Positions 1-8,904 of a stretch of DNA of 26,365 bases are shown piece by piece. Source of the stretch: an uncultured bacterium (lineage in GTDB: Bacteria > UBP4 > UBA4092); the NCBI GenBank assembly GCA_964644695.1, contig CAZXWN010000011.1, forward strand, positions 62,001 through 88,365. Reading direction: 5' to 3'. Within the stretch, counting starts at the first letter, position 1. Every line of letters starts with the position of its first letter. Position numbers and translations under genes: made by a program. A model generated the notes under the pieces. It did not search any database and was not told the origin of the DNA. It saw only the letters and a program-made list of their open reading frames with translations.

Positions 1-195
1 ACCCACTAACAAGCCTAGAATAATACACCCGATGAGTATTAAAGTATGCCAAAATCCGAGGAAGTGAAACAGTAAGCCCATAATAAATCCTACCAACACT
101 CCCATGACCGTTCGGGGGCGATGTAATATCCAGGTAATAATACCTTCTGATATGATGTTCCACCGTGACCGGCGGAAATAAGGTCCATCCTGCAT
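1..195 (-). CDS. DUF2273-like small integral membrane protein (3' end outside window)
   Basis: Not in the ORF track. Hand translation from ATG at 195 gives MQDGPYFRRSRWNIISEGIITWILHRPRTVMGVLVGFIMGLLFHFLGFWHTLILIGCIILGLLVG..., with a Gly-rich two-TM pattern. It starts 2 nt after the amaP stop, the usual position of DUF2273. Confidence 0.8.
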   Translation of the reverse strand, partial: MQDGPYFRRSRWNIISEGIITWILHRPRTVMGVLVGFIMGLLFHFLGFWHTLILIGCIILGLLVG

Positions 196-197
196 TT

Positions 198-815
198 TTA
201 AAACCCTTTCTCCGCAGTGAATTCTTCATCGACAGCGCGCCGATGTCCTACCCGGCTGGATTGTTCATCAATCTTAGTAATCAGAAAATCAATAGGGGTG
301 ATTTCACGGTCACCAATAGCCTTATAGATTCCCTCGCGAATGGCGATTCGTAACCGTTGACTGACTTCAGGGACACTATAATCAGACCAGACCGATACGC
401 GTGCGTAGAGACCCCAGCCACCCTTACGGTTTCGTCTCACGCGGGACCGTATTTCTTTCACACCTTCAACATTGTGAGCCAGGCGATTTACATAGACTTC
501 AATAGCAGAAACGGATACAGATAATTTCCCATCCGGAGAATCCAGCTTTAGTCGGCGGGCCGCATGTTTTTCGGCAATGGAAAGATATACAGTAACAATA
601 CTCACCAGTAACAAAGCCAGTCCCACCAGTAAAACACCGATCTTTGTCTGGGAATCTGTCGTCATTCGAAGAAGGAAAGCTTCCGCTTGATTCGATAAAG
701 TTATCTGTCCATTCATACCTAAGATATAAACAATGGACAGCCCCGTCAATACAGCTCCAAGAATGAATACAAACAGGACACAAATTACAGCGGAAAATCG
801 TCTTAAGTTACGCAT
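198..815 (-). CDS. amaP: Alkaline shock response membrane anchor protein AmaP
   Basis: Two N-terminal TM helices followed by an Asp23-like domain (GKLSVSVSAIE...VEGVKEIRSRV); lies directly downstream of an Asp23/Gls24 gene. Confidence 0.8.
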   Translation of the reverse strand: MRNLRRFSAVICVLFVFILGAVLTGLSIVYILGMNGQITLSNQAEAFLLRMTTDSQTKIGVLLVGLALLLVSIVTVYLSIAEKHAARRLKLDSPDGKLSVSVSAIEVYVNRLAHNVEGVKEIRSRVRRNRKGGWGLYARVSVWSDYSVPEVSQRLRIAIREGIYKAIGDREITPIDFLITKIDEQSSRVGHRRAVDEEFTAEKGF

Positions 816-832
816 AGTCTCACCGGTATTCC

Positions 833-1249
833 TTAGTATTTAATTGGTATGCCACTTCCAGCATCATCTTCCGATTCAAGAGGTTTATCCACAGGCCGGG
901 AAGGCACCTGAACACCATCGACAATCACATTTACTTCAATCACCGTGAGTCCAGTCATGGCTTCAACTTTCTTTTTGACTACCCGTTGGACCTCCATTGC
1001 AATTTCCGGGATATTGCGGCCGTACTCCACAACCACAAACATATCAATCGCGGCCTCGCCCTGGCCAATCTCTACCAGAACCCCTTTTTTCATGGTTTTC
1101 TGGCCAAACACTTCAGCAAGGGAAAAACCGCCCCCCATTCCGGCAATACCTTCCACTTCGCTGGCTGCAATACCAGCAATTATAGCCACCACATCATTAT
1201 GGATGCGGACACTTCCACCTTCTGTCATTCTGTCTTCAGGAAAAATCAT
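833..1249 (-). CDS. asp23: Asp23/Gls24 (YqhY-like) envelope stress response protein
   Basis: Motifs GSVRIHNDVVAIIAGIAASEVEGI, KGVLVE and VEYGRNIPEIAMEVQ...MTGLTVIEVNVIV. Start set at ATG 1249 because AGGAAGG precedes it (the ORF track extends to 1276). Confidence 0.9.
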   Translation of the reverse strand: MIFPEDRMTEGGSVRIHNDVVAIIAGIAASEVEGIAGMGGGFSLAEVFGQKTMKKGVLVEIGQGEAAIDMFVVVEYGRNIPEIAMEVQRVVKKKVEAMTGLTVIEVNVIVDGVQVPSRPVDKPLESEDDAGSGIPIKY

Positions 1250-1327
1250 ACCGTTATACCTTCCTAAAGGAATCATAATCGGTTTAACTGTTTGGAGTCA
1301 AGACAATTCCATCTATTTGTAGAAAAT

Positions 1328-1358
1328 AAAAAACCCGCGGTCCGAAGACCGCGGGTTT
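1328..1358 (-). terminator. Intrinsic terminator of the porin gene
   Basis: 12-bp perfect stem AAACCCGCGGTC/GACCGCGGGTTT with a cUUCGg loop and a U-run on the minus strand. Confidence 0.92.
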
Positions 1359-1384
1359 GGTAGCACTTAGTGAAGCTTCCTAAA

Positions 1385-2572
1385 TTAGAAGGAAACCTTC
1401 ATGCCGCCCTTGACCATCCAGGCTTCACCACCACCGATGTTGTCATCAGCGTCGAAGTAGCCAGCGATCAGCTCAGCAGCAACATTTTCACTGTACTGAT
1501 AGGAAACGCGGACATCAGCTTCCCAACCGATTTCTTTGTCGGCGAGACTGACGAGCAGACCGTCTTCATCAGTTGCTAAATAATAATAGAAGTCGGCATC
1601 AGCAGCCCACTTTTCAGCAGGTTTGAAACCGGCATTCAGGTTCAGGAACATGACGTTATTGCGGAGCAGCGCGAAGCTGTCAGCAATGCGGCCATAACCT
1701 TTTTCACCGAGGTCGTCCTGGTCACAATGACCGAACGGCTGAATGAATTCGTCGCCAATGTAGTAGAAGTTGGCACCGATGAAAGGTTTGTATTCACTCT
1801 GATTGAAGGTGTAAGCAACGCCAACATAACCGGCGACGTCGGACAGAGTGTCAGCAGTAATAGCGTTGTCGATGTTGTTGTAGGCTAATTCAGCTTTGTA
1901 AGCAAGACCTTCAACTGCTGGGACGGTACCGTTTGCACGGACGCCGATCCAGAGACCATGACCATCAAAAGCCTGGACATCAGCATACAGAACATAAGCA
2001 TCGAGGGTCACACATTCGATGGCTTTGGTGGAAGCGTAGGCACCGAGAACGGTGTAATCATCTTCCTGAGTCGGGAAAGCTTCAAGCTTCTTCCAATAGA
2101 AGAAGTCGACATAGGACGGATCAGCATCCCAAGTCAGTTTGAAACCGTCAACTGGAACGTTGTCAGGAACGATGAAACCTTCACCGTAACCCTGGACCCA
2201 ACGACCGGCAACGAAATCAACCGGAGTATCATACATCTTGGCAAGTTTTACATAACCTTCCCAAAGAACGATGTCGCCAACATAGGTAGGAGCATCGACG
2301 CCAACTAAGGCACCGATATTGGTGATGCCAACTCCACCGAAGTCTTTTTTGTACTTCAGGTTGATTTTGGCACTGACGTTGTCAGCTAAATCAGTGGTTG
2401 CCCACAGATTAACTTCGGAGTCAGTATAGCTATTGTTCAGATCGGCACCAAGAATGTCGACTGAAGAGTGAATAGCACTAATGTCGATAGAACCACCGAA
2501 GTTAACTTCGGAGGCAGCAAATGCACCAGTTGCTAAAGCAGCAACGGCAATAATGGAGAGAAGTTTTTTCAT
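1385..2572 (-). CDS. Outer-membrane beta-barrel protein / porin (alginate-export-like)
   Basis: Sec signal peptide (ATGAFA|A), alternating amphipathic beta-strands rich in Y/W/F/D/G, an IGWEADVRVSYQY strand and a C-terminal Phe (MKVSF). Codon usage looks biased, as in highly expressed genes. Confidence 0.8.
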   Translation of the reverse strand: MKKLLSIIAVAALATGAFAASEVNFGGSIDISAIHSSVDILGADLNNSYTDSEVNLWATTDLADNVSAKINLKYKKDFGGVGITNIGALVGVDAPTYVGDIVLWEGYVKLAKMYDTPVDFVAGRWVQGYGEGFIVPDNVPVDGFKLTWDADPSYVDFFYWKKLEAFPTQEDDYTVLGAYASTKAIECVTLDAYVLYADVQAFDGHGLWIGVRANGTVPAVEGLAYKAELAYNNIDNAITADTLSDVAGYVGVAYTFNQSEYKPFIGANFYYIGDEFIQPFGHCDQDDLGEKGYGRIADSFALLRNNVMFLNLNAGFKPAEKWAADADFYYYLATDEDGLLVSLADKEIGWEADVRVSYQYSENVAAELIAGYFDADDNIGGGEAWMVKGGMKVSF

Positions 2573-2816
2573 TTTAAATAAATCCCCCTTAAGGATTTTT
2601 AAAAATTTGCTCCAAGGGGTTCAGTGACATTTCACTGCACTGAAAATTCCCTGGTAGCATTAGGATCAGCCTGCGACTCAGAGTCTAGACTCGCTTCCTT
2701 ACGGCCTGGGGGATTGTTGCACCTCCTTTCGTCGCCAATTTAAAGGTCACGGCCCGGACAATAACCTGTTGAGGCTCAGAATAGCAGCCTACACAAATCA
2801 TTTCACAGACAAAGCC

Positions 2817-2846
2817 ATTCTATATGGATATTTCAAGTTGTGTCAA
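2817..2846 (-). promoter_or_regulatory. Sigma70-type promoter for the porin gene
   Basis: TTGACA-N18-TAGAAT on the minus strand, implying a leader of about 240 nt. Confidence 0.65.
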
Positions 2847-3305
2847 GCGATTTTTTCAGTTCTTGCTCATTCTGAAAGAAGAATAAGAAATTCAGATTTC
2901 ATATAATGACAAGTAATTAGGGAATGCGACACATAGAAAAGCGAGAAGATTCAGTTTATAGATTCAGGGGAATATGGTCTTTGGAATAATCCAAAAAACA
3001 ATCCTATTCACTCCATAGATTTTTTTGAGACAACCAGGAATATAAAAAGGGAGTTATGAGAGGGACCCGATTCGTTTCTGCTTCGTTCGGTGGACACTCA
3101 AAATTATCTGTTTATGCAGGAGATGTCTTGATAACAATCTACTGTCATCCAATGAGTTAGCAATATAGAGGCAGTCGGGAACCCCAAATCACAAAAAAAA
3201 GATTGGGTGCTCATTTGAAGAAATAAAGCCACTAATAATAAGGTAACCTGTTTTTAATCAATGTTTTGTCCAAAGTAAAAAGAGGGGGAACTCCAGTCCG
3301 GACCC

Positions 3306-3334
3306 TTGACAAGAAAGTCCAAATTCTTTATAGT
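3306..3334 (+). promoter_or_regulatory. Sigma70-type promoter for the small lipoprotein
   Basis: TTGACA-N17-TATAGT. Confidence 0.75.
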
Positions 3335-3428
3335 GTACTAATCAATCCGAAATCCATTTGGAATTTCGACACGAGGTAAACTTGTGTTTGATCAAGTGAA
3401 AGGATTGTGAAAGGGGGTGTACAAAGAA

Positions 3429-3635
3429 ATGAAAAAAATGTTGTCCCTTATCGTTGTGGTCGCTATGATGGCCCTGTTCGCTGGTTGCGCTAAGACAGAA
3501 GCTCCTGCTCCGGAAGCTCCGGCAGTTGAAGCTCCTGCCGCTGACGCCGCTGTCGACACCACCGCTGCTGCTCCAGCCGCTGATACAGCTGCTGCCCCAG
3601 CCGCTGATGCCGCTGCTGCCCCAGCCACCAAGTAA
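3429..3635 (+). CDS. Small Ala/Pro-rich low-complexity lipoprotein
   Basis: MKKMLSLIVVVAMMALFAG|C lipobox and a GGGGGTG RBS upstream of ATG 3429. The mature part is made of EAPA/AAAPAAD repeats. Confidence 0.85.
   Translation: MKKMLSLIVVVAMMALFAGCAKTEAPAPEAPAVEAPAADAAVDTTAAAPAADTAAAPAADAAAAPATK
3563..3626 (+). repeat. Imperfect 24-bp coding tandem repeat (AAAPAADx), about 2.5 copies
   Basis: The unit gctgctgc(t/c)ccagccgctgat recurs inside the lipoprotein gene. Confidence 0.6.
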
Positions 3636-3730
3636 TTTCTTTTTTAATATGACAAGCCCGTCCCGGTGCTAATTTATCCGGGCGATTGACATTATTTATT
3701 TTTGGTTAATCATGGATTTTGAGGGAAAAG

Positions 3731-3755
3731 AGGGGGATACGTTTCGTGTCCCCCT
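3731..3755 (+). terminator. Hairpin, probable terminator after the lipoprotein gene
   Basis: AGGGGGATACG-ttt-CGTGTCCCCCT (one G-U pair) with a weak U-tail. Confidence 0.5.
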
Positions 3756-3833
3756 TCAATTCCCAACACAAAAAGAACAGCACTCCGTTATTGCAAGAGA
3801 CTGACGATTAGAAAGCAGACAGGGCCGAAACCT

Positions 3834-4328
3834 ATGGCCTCGAAAGTTTGGGTAAAAATCCATCCCATAACTCCGGACAGTGAGAAACCGCTGCGAACCA
3901 ATCACGATACAGATTGGCCCAATGCCGGAGATGATTCCAGCCTGAATCTCCTTTTGGATGATTTAGCCTCCTCTCGAAGAATGTCCATCCCCCGTACTCG
4001 GAACTGTTTTGCCCCTCCCATTGATGTTGTAGAATCCGAAAAGGATTATATTATTCGCATGGAGATACCCGGCGTTTCACCGGATCATTTCAAAGTGGAG
4101 TGGAATGGGTATTCAGTTATTATCCATGGCGAGAGGAAATCTGCTGAACATCCACGCCACACACATTACCATCAGTTGGAAATCCATTATGGACATTTTC
4201 GGCGTGTCGTTCATCTCCCCCGACACATCGACCGGGATAACACTCAGGCTACCTATGAGTCAGGATTTTTAGAAATCCACATCCCCAAGTTAAGTAAGAC
4301 GCATAATATCCCGATCACCCAAGAATAA
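3834..4328 (+). CDS. Hsp20/alpha-crystallin small heat-shock protein
   Basis: PPIDVVE...MEIPGV...IHGERK...EIHYGHFRRVVHLP...ATYESGFLEIHIPK. Confidence 0.92.
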   Translation: MASKVWVKIHPITPDSEKPLRTNHDTDWPNAGDDSSLNLLLDDLASSRRMSIPRTRNCFAPPIDVVESEKDYIIRMEIPGVSPDHFKVEWNGYSVIIHGERKSAEHPRHTHYHQLEIHYGHFRRVVHLPRHIDRDNTQATYESGFLEIHIPKLSKTHNIPITQE

Positions 4329-4366
4329 CCTTCTTTTAGAGCGGCATCGTTTATAATTAATTCCAT

Positions 4367-5965
4367 ATGAATCGTCGTATCTGGATTATTTTATCCGTTT
4401 GTTTGATTGTTCTATCCCTGGGTCTTCGGATGTATCATCTGGCCGACCGTCCCTACCATCACGATGAGAGTCTCCATGCCTTTTACAGTTGGGTACTGAT
4501 GGAAGAAGGGGAATATCGTTATAACCCGATGTTGCACGGTCCATTTCTGTTTTACACCAACTCTGTTGTGTTCAAGGTATTGGGCGATTCCGACTGGACA
4601 GGCCGGCTGTTGCCGGTTTTATTGGGGACAGGGTTAGTTGTATTAATATTGGGAATGTCTCCCTGGCTAGGCAGATGGGGGGCCCTGTCAGCGGCTTTGA
4701 TGATGGCTATTTCTCCCAGTTTTCTCTATTTTTCCAGATTTTTACGAAATGACATTTATATATGTTTCTGGTGGGTATCCATTTTGGTTTGTTTACTTCG
4801 CTTTTTCCGAAACAAAAATCCCTTATGGTTTTATCCCATCATGGCCCTGATTGCTCTATCCTTCGGAACTAAGGAAAATACCTGGTTTGTCGGGTTTTCT
4901 TTTGTGAGTTTCGGAGTTATGTGGTGGGTTATTCAACACTGGGCAAAGAAGGATTATCTGGAAAGTATAAAAACATTCATTGTCCAATATTGGAAACATC
5001 TGTTGGGTGCATGTGTTGTCTTCTGGGTTATTTATATGCCTCTGTTCACTGTCTTTTTCAAGTACCCCGGTGATTGGAACGGATTTGCCACGGGCATCAA
5101 ATATTGGTTGGCCCAACATCAGGAGAACCGAATAGGAGCACCCTGGTGGTACTATCTGCCTTTACTGGGAATATATGAGTTTCTTGCAGTGATTGGGGCT
5201 GGAGCAGGTTTGATTTGGCTGCGGAAATACCGAATCAAACAAACCCTTCCTTTATTTTTAGGGTGGTGGGCACTGACAGGATTAATTTTGTATGGGTGGG
5301 CAGGAGAGAAAGTACCCTGGTTGATGCTGCACATCGCACTCCCGATGATACTTATTACAGGGTGGTGGATAGGCAGGTTGATTGAAGGAGATTACTGGAT
5401 GACTCTCATTCTCCTATTTCCACTATTCACACAGACAGTCCATTCTACGGTGATGGCCAATTACCTTTACCCAGCCATCCGCCCCGATTTGATTCCCAAG
5501 CAACCTAAAGCCGAATTGATTTCTTATGTTCAGACGACTTATGATGTCCCGGAATTAGTCAAAGAAATCCAACGATTAAAAATCGGCAAGCCTAAAGAAT
5601 ACCCCTTAACCATATTGGTTACTGGAGAGGCTGCATGGCCACTTCAGTGGTATTTACGAGGAGACAAACAGGTTTCTTATGCAGATGAGATTGGTTTTAA
5701 CACTCCATCACATGATGTTGTGATTGGAGATTTTTCCAGTTATGAAGTGGATATCTCTTTACTGGGATATCGATATTATCCCAAGGTGTATCATTTGCGG
5801 GCGTGGTGGCCACAGAGATCCATGAGGTCTGATACGGGAATCATTCCTGCTGTCCGGGAATTAGCCCAAAAAGCGGGATTAAGGGATATCGCCCGGTATG
5901 CGATTTATCGGGATATTTATGAGACGCCAGGGTCTACCAAGGTAATACTCTGGGAAAGACGCTAA
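4367..5965 (+). CDS. TIGR03663/Agl23-like GT-C (PMT-like) membrane glycosyltransferase
   Basis: YHHDESLHA, YRYNPMLHGP, SRFLRND, TKEN and EKVPWL motifs, multiple TM helices and AWPLQWYLR in the C-terminal domain. Confidence 0.85.
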   Translation: MNRRIWIILSVCLIVLSLGLRMYHLADRPYHHDESLHAFYSWVLMEEGEYRYNPMLHGPFLFYTNSVVFKVLGDSDWTGRLLPVLLGTGLVVLILGMSPWLGRWGALSAALMMAISPSFLYFSRFLRNDIYICFWWVSILVCLLRFFRNKNPLWFYPIMALIALSFGTKENTWFVGFSFVSFGVMWWVIQHWAKKDYLESIKTFIVQYWKHLLGACVVFWVIYMPLFTVFFKYPGDWNGFATGIKYWLAQHQENRIGAPWWYYLPLLGIYEFLAVIGAGAGLIWLRKYRIKQTLPLFLGWWALTGLILYGWAGEKVPWLMLHIALPMILITGWWIGRLIEGDYWMTLILLFPLFTQTVHSTVMANYLYPAIRPDLIPKQPKAELISYVQTTYDVPELVKEIQRLKIGKPKEYPLTILVTGEAAWPLQWYLRGDKQVSYADEIGFNTPSHDVVIGDFSSYEVDISLLGYRYYPKVYHLRAWWPQRSMRSDTGIIPAVRELAQKAGLRDIARYAIYRDIYETPGSTKVILWERR

Positions 5966-5971
5966 TCAAAT

Positions 5972-6031
5972 AAAAGCCGCTTTCCCACAAATCGGGGAAT
6001 GCGGCCGAGAGATACCGGACGAACCGGTATC
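5972..6031. terminator. Two tandem hairpins downstream of the GT-C gene
   Basis: GCCGC-TTCCC...GGGAA-GCGGC (5976-6005) and GATACCGG-acgaa-CCGGTATC (6011-6031). Confidence 0.5.
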
Positions 6032-6246
6032 GGATTAATCTTTTGGATTCGGAACGATTTCTGTATTCATCCCATTTTAGTTCCTTTTCTTATCATAACC
6101 TATATTCAGTTAAATCCAACCTCTATTTTGAAATGATTATTCATAGCTTATGCGTGGCAGCTCACCCCGAAGCAATCATTTCCGCATATAATGATTATTG
6201 GTTTATTCAGAATGATAAGCCCATTTATAAAGGAGTTTGAATAGAA

Positions 6247-6720
6247 ATGTCCGATTGTGCAATATGTCGTCAAATTGAATTGATTCGGCAGGGTACACAT
6301 CCCGGATTTGTTGCCGAGCTGGAAGCCGGGTATGTCATTGCAGGTGAATACCAATATTTTCGGGGATATGCTCTGTTTTTATGCCGACGATGTATCCCAG
6401 AACTCCATTTACTGGACCGGGAATTTAAGATCAAGTTTCTGGAAGAATTGACTTATGTTTCCGAGGCCGTAGATGATGGTTTTCATCCACACAAAATCAA
6501 TTATGAATTATTGGGAAACCAGGTCCCTCATATCCACTGGCATCTATTTCCGCGGCATAAAAATGATCCTGCCCCTCTCCTGCCGATATGGAATATTGAG
6601 ACATCGGTTCGGGAATCCCAATCAGCCAAACCTTCGCCAGAAGAATTTTTAGAGATAAAACGAACTTTACTGAAAGAATTAAGGCAATCAGGTGCCACCA
6701 TACGACAGGCCTTTGAATAG
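6247..6720 (+). CDS. HIT family hydrolase
   Basis: N-terminal CxxC and the histidine triad LGNQVPHIHWHLFPR; AAGGAG RBS. Confidence 0.92.
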   Translation: MSDCAICRQIELIRQGTHPGFVAELEAGYVIAGEYQYFRGYALFLCRRCIPELHLLDREFKIKFLEELTYVSEAVDDGFHPHKINYELLGNQVPHIHWHLFPRHKNDPAPLLPIWNIETSVRESQSAKPSPEEFLEIKRTLLKELRQSGATIRQAFE

Positions 6721-6741
6721 GACAAAACAGAGATTTAAAAG

Positions 6742-6778
6742 AAAACGGAGCATCATTACGATGCTCCGTTATTTATTT
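6742..6778. terminator. Bidirectional terminator between convergent genes
   Basis: AACGGAGCATC-attac-GATGCTCCGTT flanked by A- and T-runs. Confidence 0.85.
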
Positions 6779-6792
6779 CTTATCCGATCAGA

Positions 6793-7134
6793 TTATTTAT
6801 CTTTCTCCAATATCACTAAAACAGACTTATCCCCAATAGAGAAAGCTTCCTTAACCTTCCCTACAACGCGGAGGCTTTCGCCCTTTCGGGGAAGGGGTCT
6901 CTTAGTGACTACCGTTATTTCGCCCGTACCATCATCAATCCTAAAATATTTCACAAATACTAACCCGACAGTGGAGGTAACCCGTCCTTTAACAGTCACC
7001 ACTCGTTCATCATATATTCGTGGATTGGACTTGATATCATAGACGCGAGTGTTAGAGTGAACCGTCGCACAACCCACCAACAAAACCAGTGACATAAAAA
7101 CAGATACTTTCTTTGCCCATTTTGGAAATAACAT
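6793..7134 (-). CDS. OB-fold lipoprotein
   Basis: Lipobox LVG|C, OB-fold pattern VTVKGRV...FRIDDGTGEITV...LRVVGKV, and an AAGGAGGT RBS. Confidence 0.8.
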   Translation of the reverse strand: MLFPKWAKKVSVFMSLVLLVGCATVHSNTRVYDIKSNPRIYDERVVTVKGRVTSTVGLVFVKYFRIDDGTGEITVVTKRPLPRKGESLRVVGKVKEAFSIGDKSVLVILEKDK

Positions 7135-7278
7135 ACCTAATACCTCCTTTAGAACAAATTATAGAACTAATTGATTAACCTCCCAAAAAATATCTTGTAT
7201 TTATCTTAACTTTGTCTTTCAATAGTCATTAAGAAAATGAAATATTCGTTTTTACTAATATCAGATATTTAATATGGG

Positions 7279-8250
7279 GTGTCATTTATGTCAGCAAGTA
7301 CGATTGAGTTACTTCCTGTTAAATTTTCAAAACCTGTACTGACAGATACAGCAGATTCAACAACTATTGAGAATTTAATATTAGGTGAGTTGTCCGGTCA
7401 AAACATTCAACTTCAAGATGGCGACATTCTCGTTATAGCCTCGAAAATCGTTTCACACTTTGAGGGTCGTGTCATCAAAGCAGATGATGTGAAGGTAAGC
7501 CGGAAAGCCAGAATAATAAGCAAACTTTTTTGCAAGAAGCCGGTAAAAACAGAATTGATTCTACAACAAGGCGCAGTCAGTGCCGTTGTTCCGCTTTGTC
7601 GAATCCTGTCACATCCGACAATGGGACCACAATTTCAGAAGTTATGTAGTGACTGGGATGTCTGTGAAAAAATCTTGAATACCACTAAAAATATCTTTAT
7701 GGTCAAACTGAACGGGTATTATATGGATGATGCTGGAATTGACATATCCAACACATCTCCAGGATATTTTGTTTTGTTGCCCATTGACCCTTATGAAAGC
7801 GCCAGAAAAATACGGAGTCGTTTGAAGGAAATTACAGGTAAAACTTGTGCCATTATCCTTACCGATACAGTCGCGGTCAACGGTCAATGGGGATCTCGTG
7901 ATATTGCGATAGGATTTGCAGGTATTGACCCTATTCGACGGTTGAGTGGCACTAAGGATATCTTTGGTGTTCCAAGCTTTGGAGGTACAGACCTGGTTGT
8001 GGATGGCATATCAGCTATGGCGGGACTGGTTATGGGGCAACATGACGAATGTACCCCTATAGCGGTGTTTCGGAACTTAAATTATCTCCCTTCAGAAGAG
8101 ATTTATCAGGCGGGGGTGTTGGATCATTCGAAAACAACTATTGTGCGAAATACTATTTTCTCTTTTTTCAGCACTGTTTTTTATCTTCTGGTCAGTATTT
8201 TCAGTTTTTCAAGTGTTGGAAAACAATATAGCATCCACGCAAAGAAGTAA
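7279..8250 (+). CDS. Coenzyme F420-0:gamma-glutamyl ligase (CofE)-family protein
   Basis: QDGDILVIASKIVS, DAGIDISN, LLPIDPYESARKIR, IILTDT and AGLVMGQxDECTPIAVFR motifs. The start may be ATG 7288. Has a hydrophobic C-terminal tail. Confidence 0.82.
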   Translation: MSFMSASTIELLPVKFSKPVLTDTADSTTIENLILGELSGQNIQLQDGDILVIASKIVSHFEGRVIKADDVKVSRKARIISKLFCKKPVKTELILQQGAVSAVVPLCRILSHPTMGPQFQKLCSDWDVCEKILNTTKNIFMVKLNGYYMDDAGIDISNTSPGYFVLLPIDPYESARKIRSRLKEITGKTCAIILTDTVAVNGQWGSRDIAIGFAGIDPIRRLSGTKDIFGVPSFGGTDLVVDGISAMAGLVMGQHDECTPIAVFRNLNYLPSEEIYQAGVLDHSKTTIVRNTIFSFFSTVFYLLVSIFSFSSVGKQYSIHAKK

Positions 8251-8274
8251 ATTGTACATATTTTCGAGGTAAAT

Positions 8275-8721
8275 ATGCCCATTTTGATCAGTGCCTGTTT
8301 ATGTGGACTCAACTGCAAATACAATGGAGAGAACAATCTTCATCCTAAAATCCAAGCTTTAATGGAAAAGGAAGTTCTTATTCCTGTTTGTCCAGAACAG
8401 TTGGGTGGGCTGCCGACTCCCAGATCAAGTGCGGAAATTCAAAAGGGGACAGGGCAGGATGTTTTGGAAGGCAAGGCTACGGTCATGAGTAAATCGGGGG
8501 ATGATGTTACTGCACAATTTATAAAAGGTGCTCAGGAAAGCCTCAAACTTGCTCAACTTACTCACTGTCATCTGGCCATTCTCAAATCCCGAAGTCCATC
8601 ATGTGGATTTGGCCTTATATATGATGGGTCATTCTCTGGCAAGCTCATTCCGGGAAATGGGGTAACGGCCCAATTACTTCTTAACAATAACATTAAAATC
8701 ATGCAACCTGATGATTTATAA
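8275..8721 (+). CDS. DUF523 / 2-thiouracil desulfurase (TudS/YbbK-like) family Fe-S protein
   Basis: ILISACLCGLNCKYNG, PVCPEQLGGLPTPR, LKSRSPSCG and GNGVTA. Confidence 0.92.
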   Translation: MPILISACLCGLNCKYNGENNLHPKIQALMEKEVLIPVCPEQLGGLPTPRSSAEIQKGTGQDVLEGKATVMSKSGDDVTAQFIKGAQESLKLAQLTHCHLAILKSRSPSCGFGLIYDGSFSGKLIPGNGVTAQLLLNNNIKIMQPDDL

Positions 8722-8875
8722 GCTTCCGAACTACTACATTTTTGTAGAGACTTAATAAAAACTCATTAAAGCTCTTTCCAAAACAATAAAATAAATTTTC
8801 CTTACCCGACTTAAAACTCACAATCTCTTGATTTTCATGTATTTCAAGACAGTTAGAATACTAATAAAATACTAA

Positions 8876-8904
8876 TTGACAAATTATACCTACTGCCCTA
8901 AACT
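8876..8904 (+). promoter_or_regulatory. Sigma70-type promoter for the secreted beta-helix protein
   Basis: TTGACA-N17-TAAACT. Confidence 0.6.

Noticed and set aside
3056-3160. 34-aa ORF MRGTRFVSASFGG...HPMS with GGGAG upstream
   Set aside because: SD spacing is only about 2 nt and there is no recognisable motif; unsupported.
3392-3631. Minus-strand Ala/Gly-rich 79-aa ORF
   Set aside because: Antisense shadow of the lipoprotein gene, which has the promoter, RBS and lipobox.
6043-6240. 65-aa plus-strand ORF upstream of the HIT gene
   Set aside because: TTG start without an RBS, intergenic-like composition and no motif.
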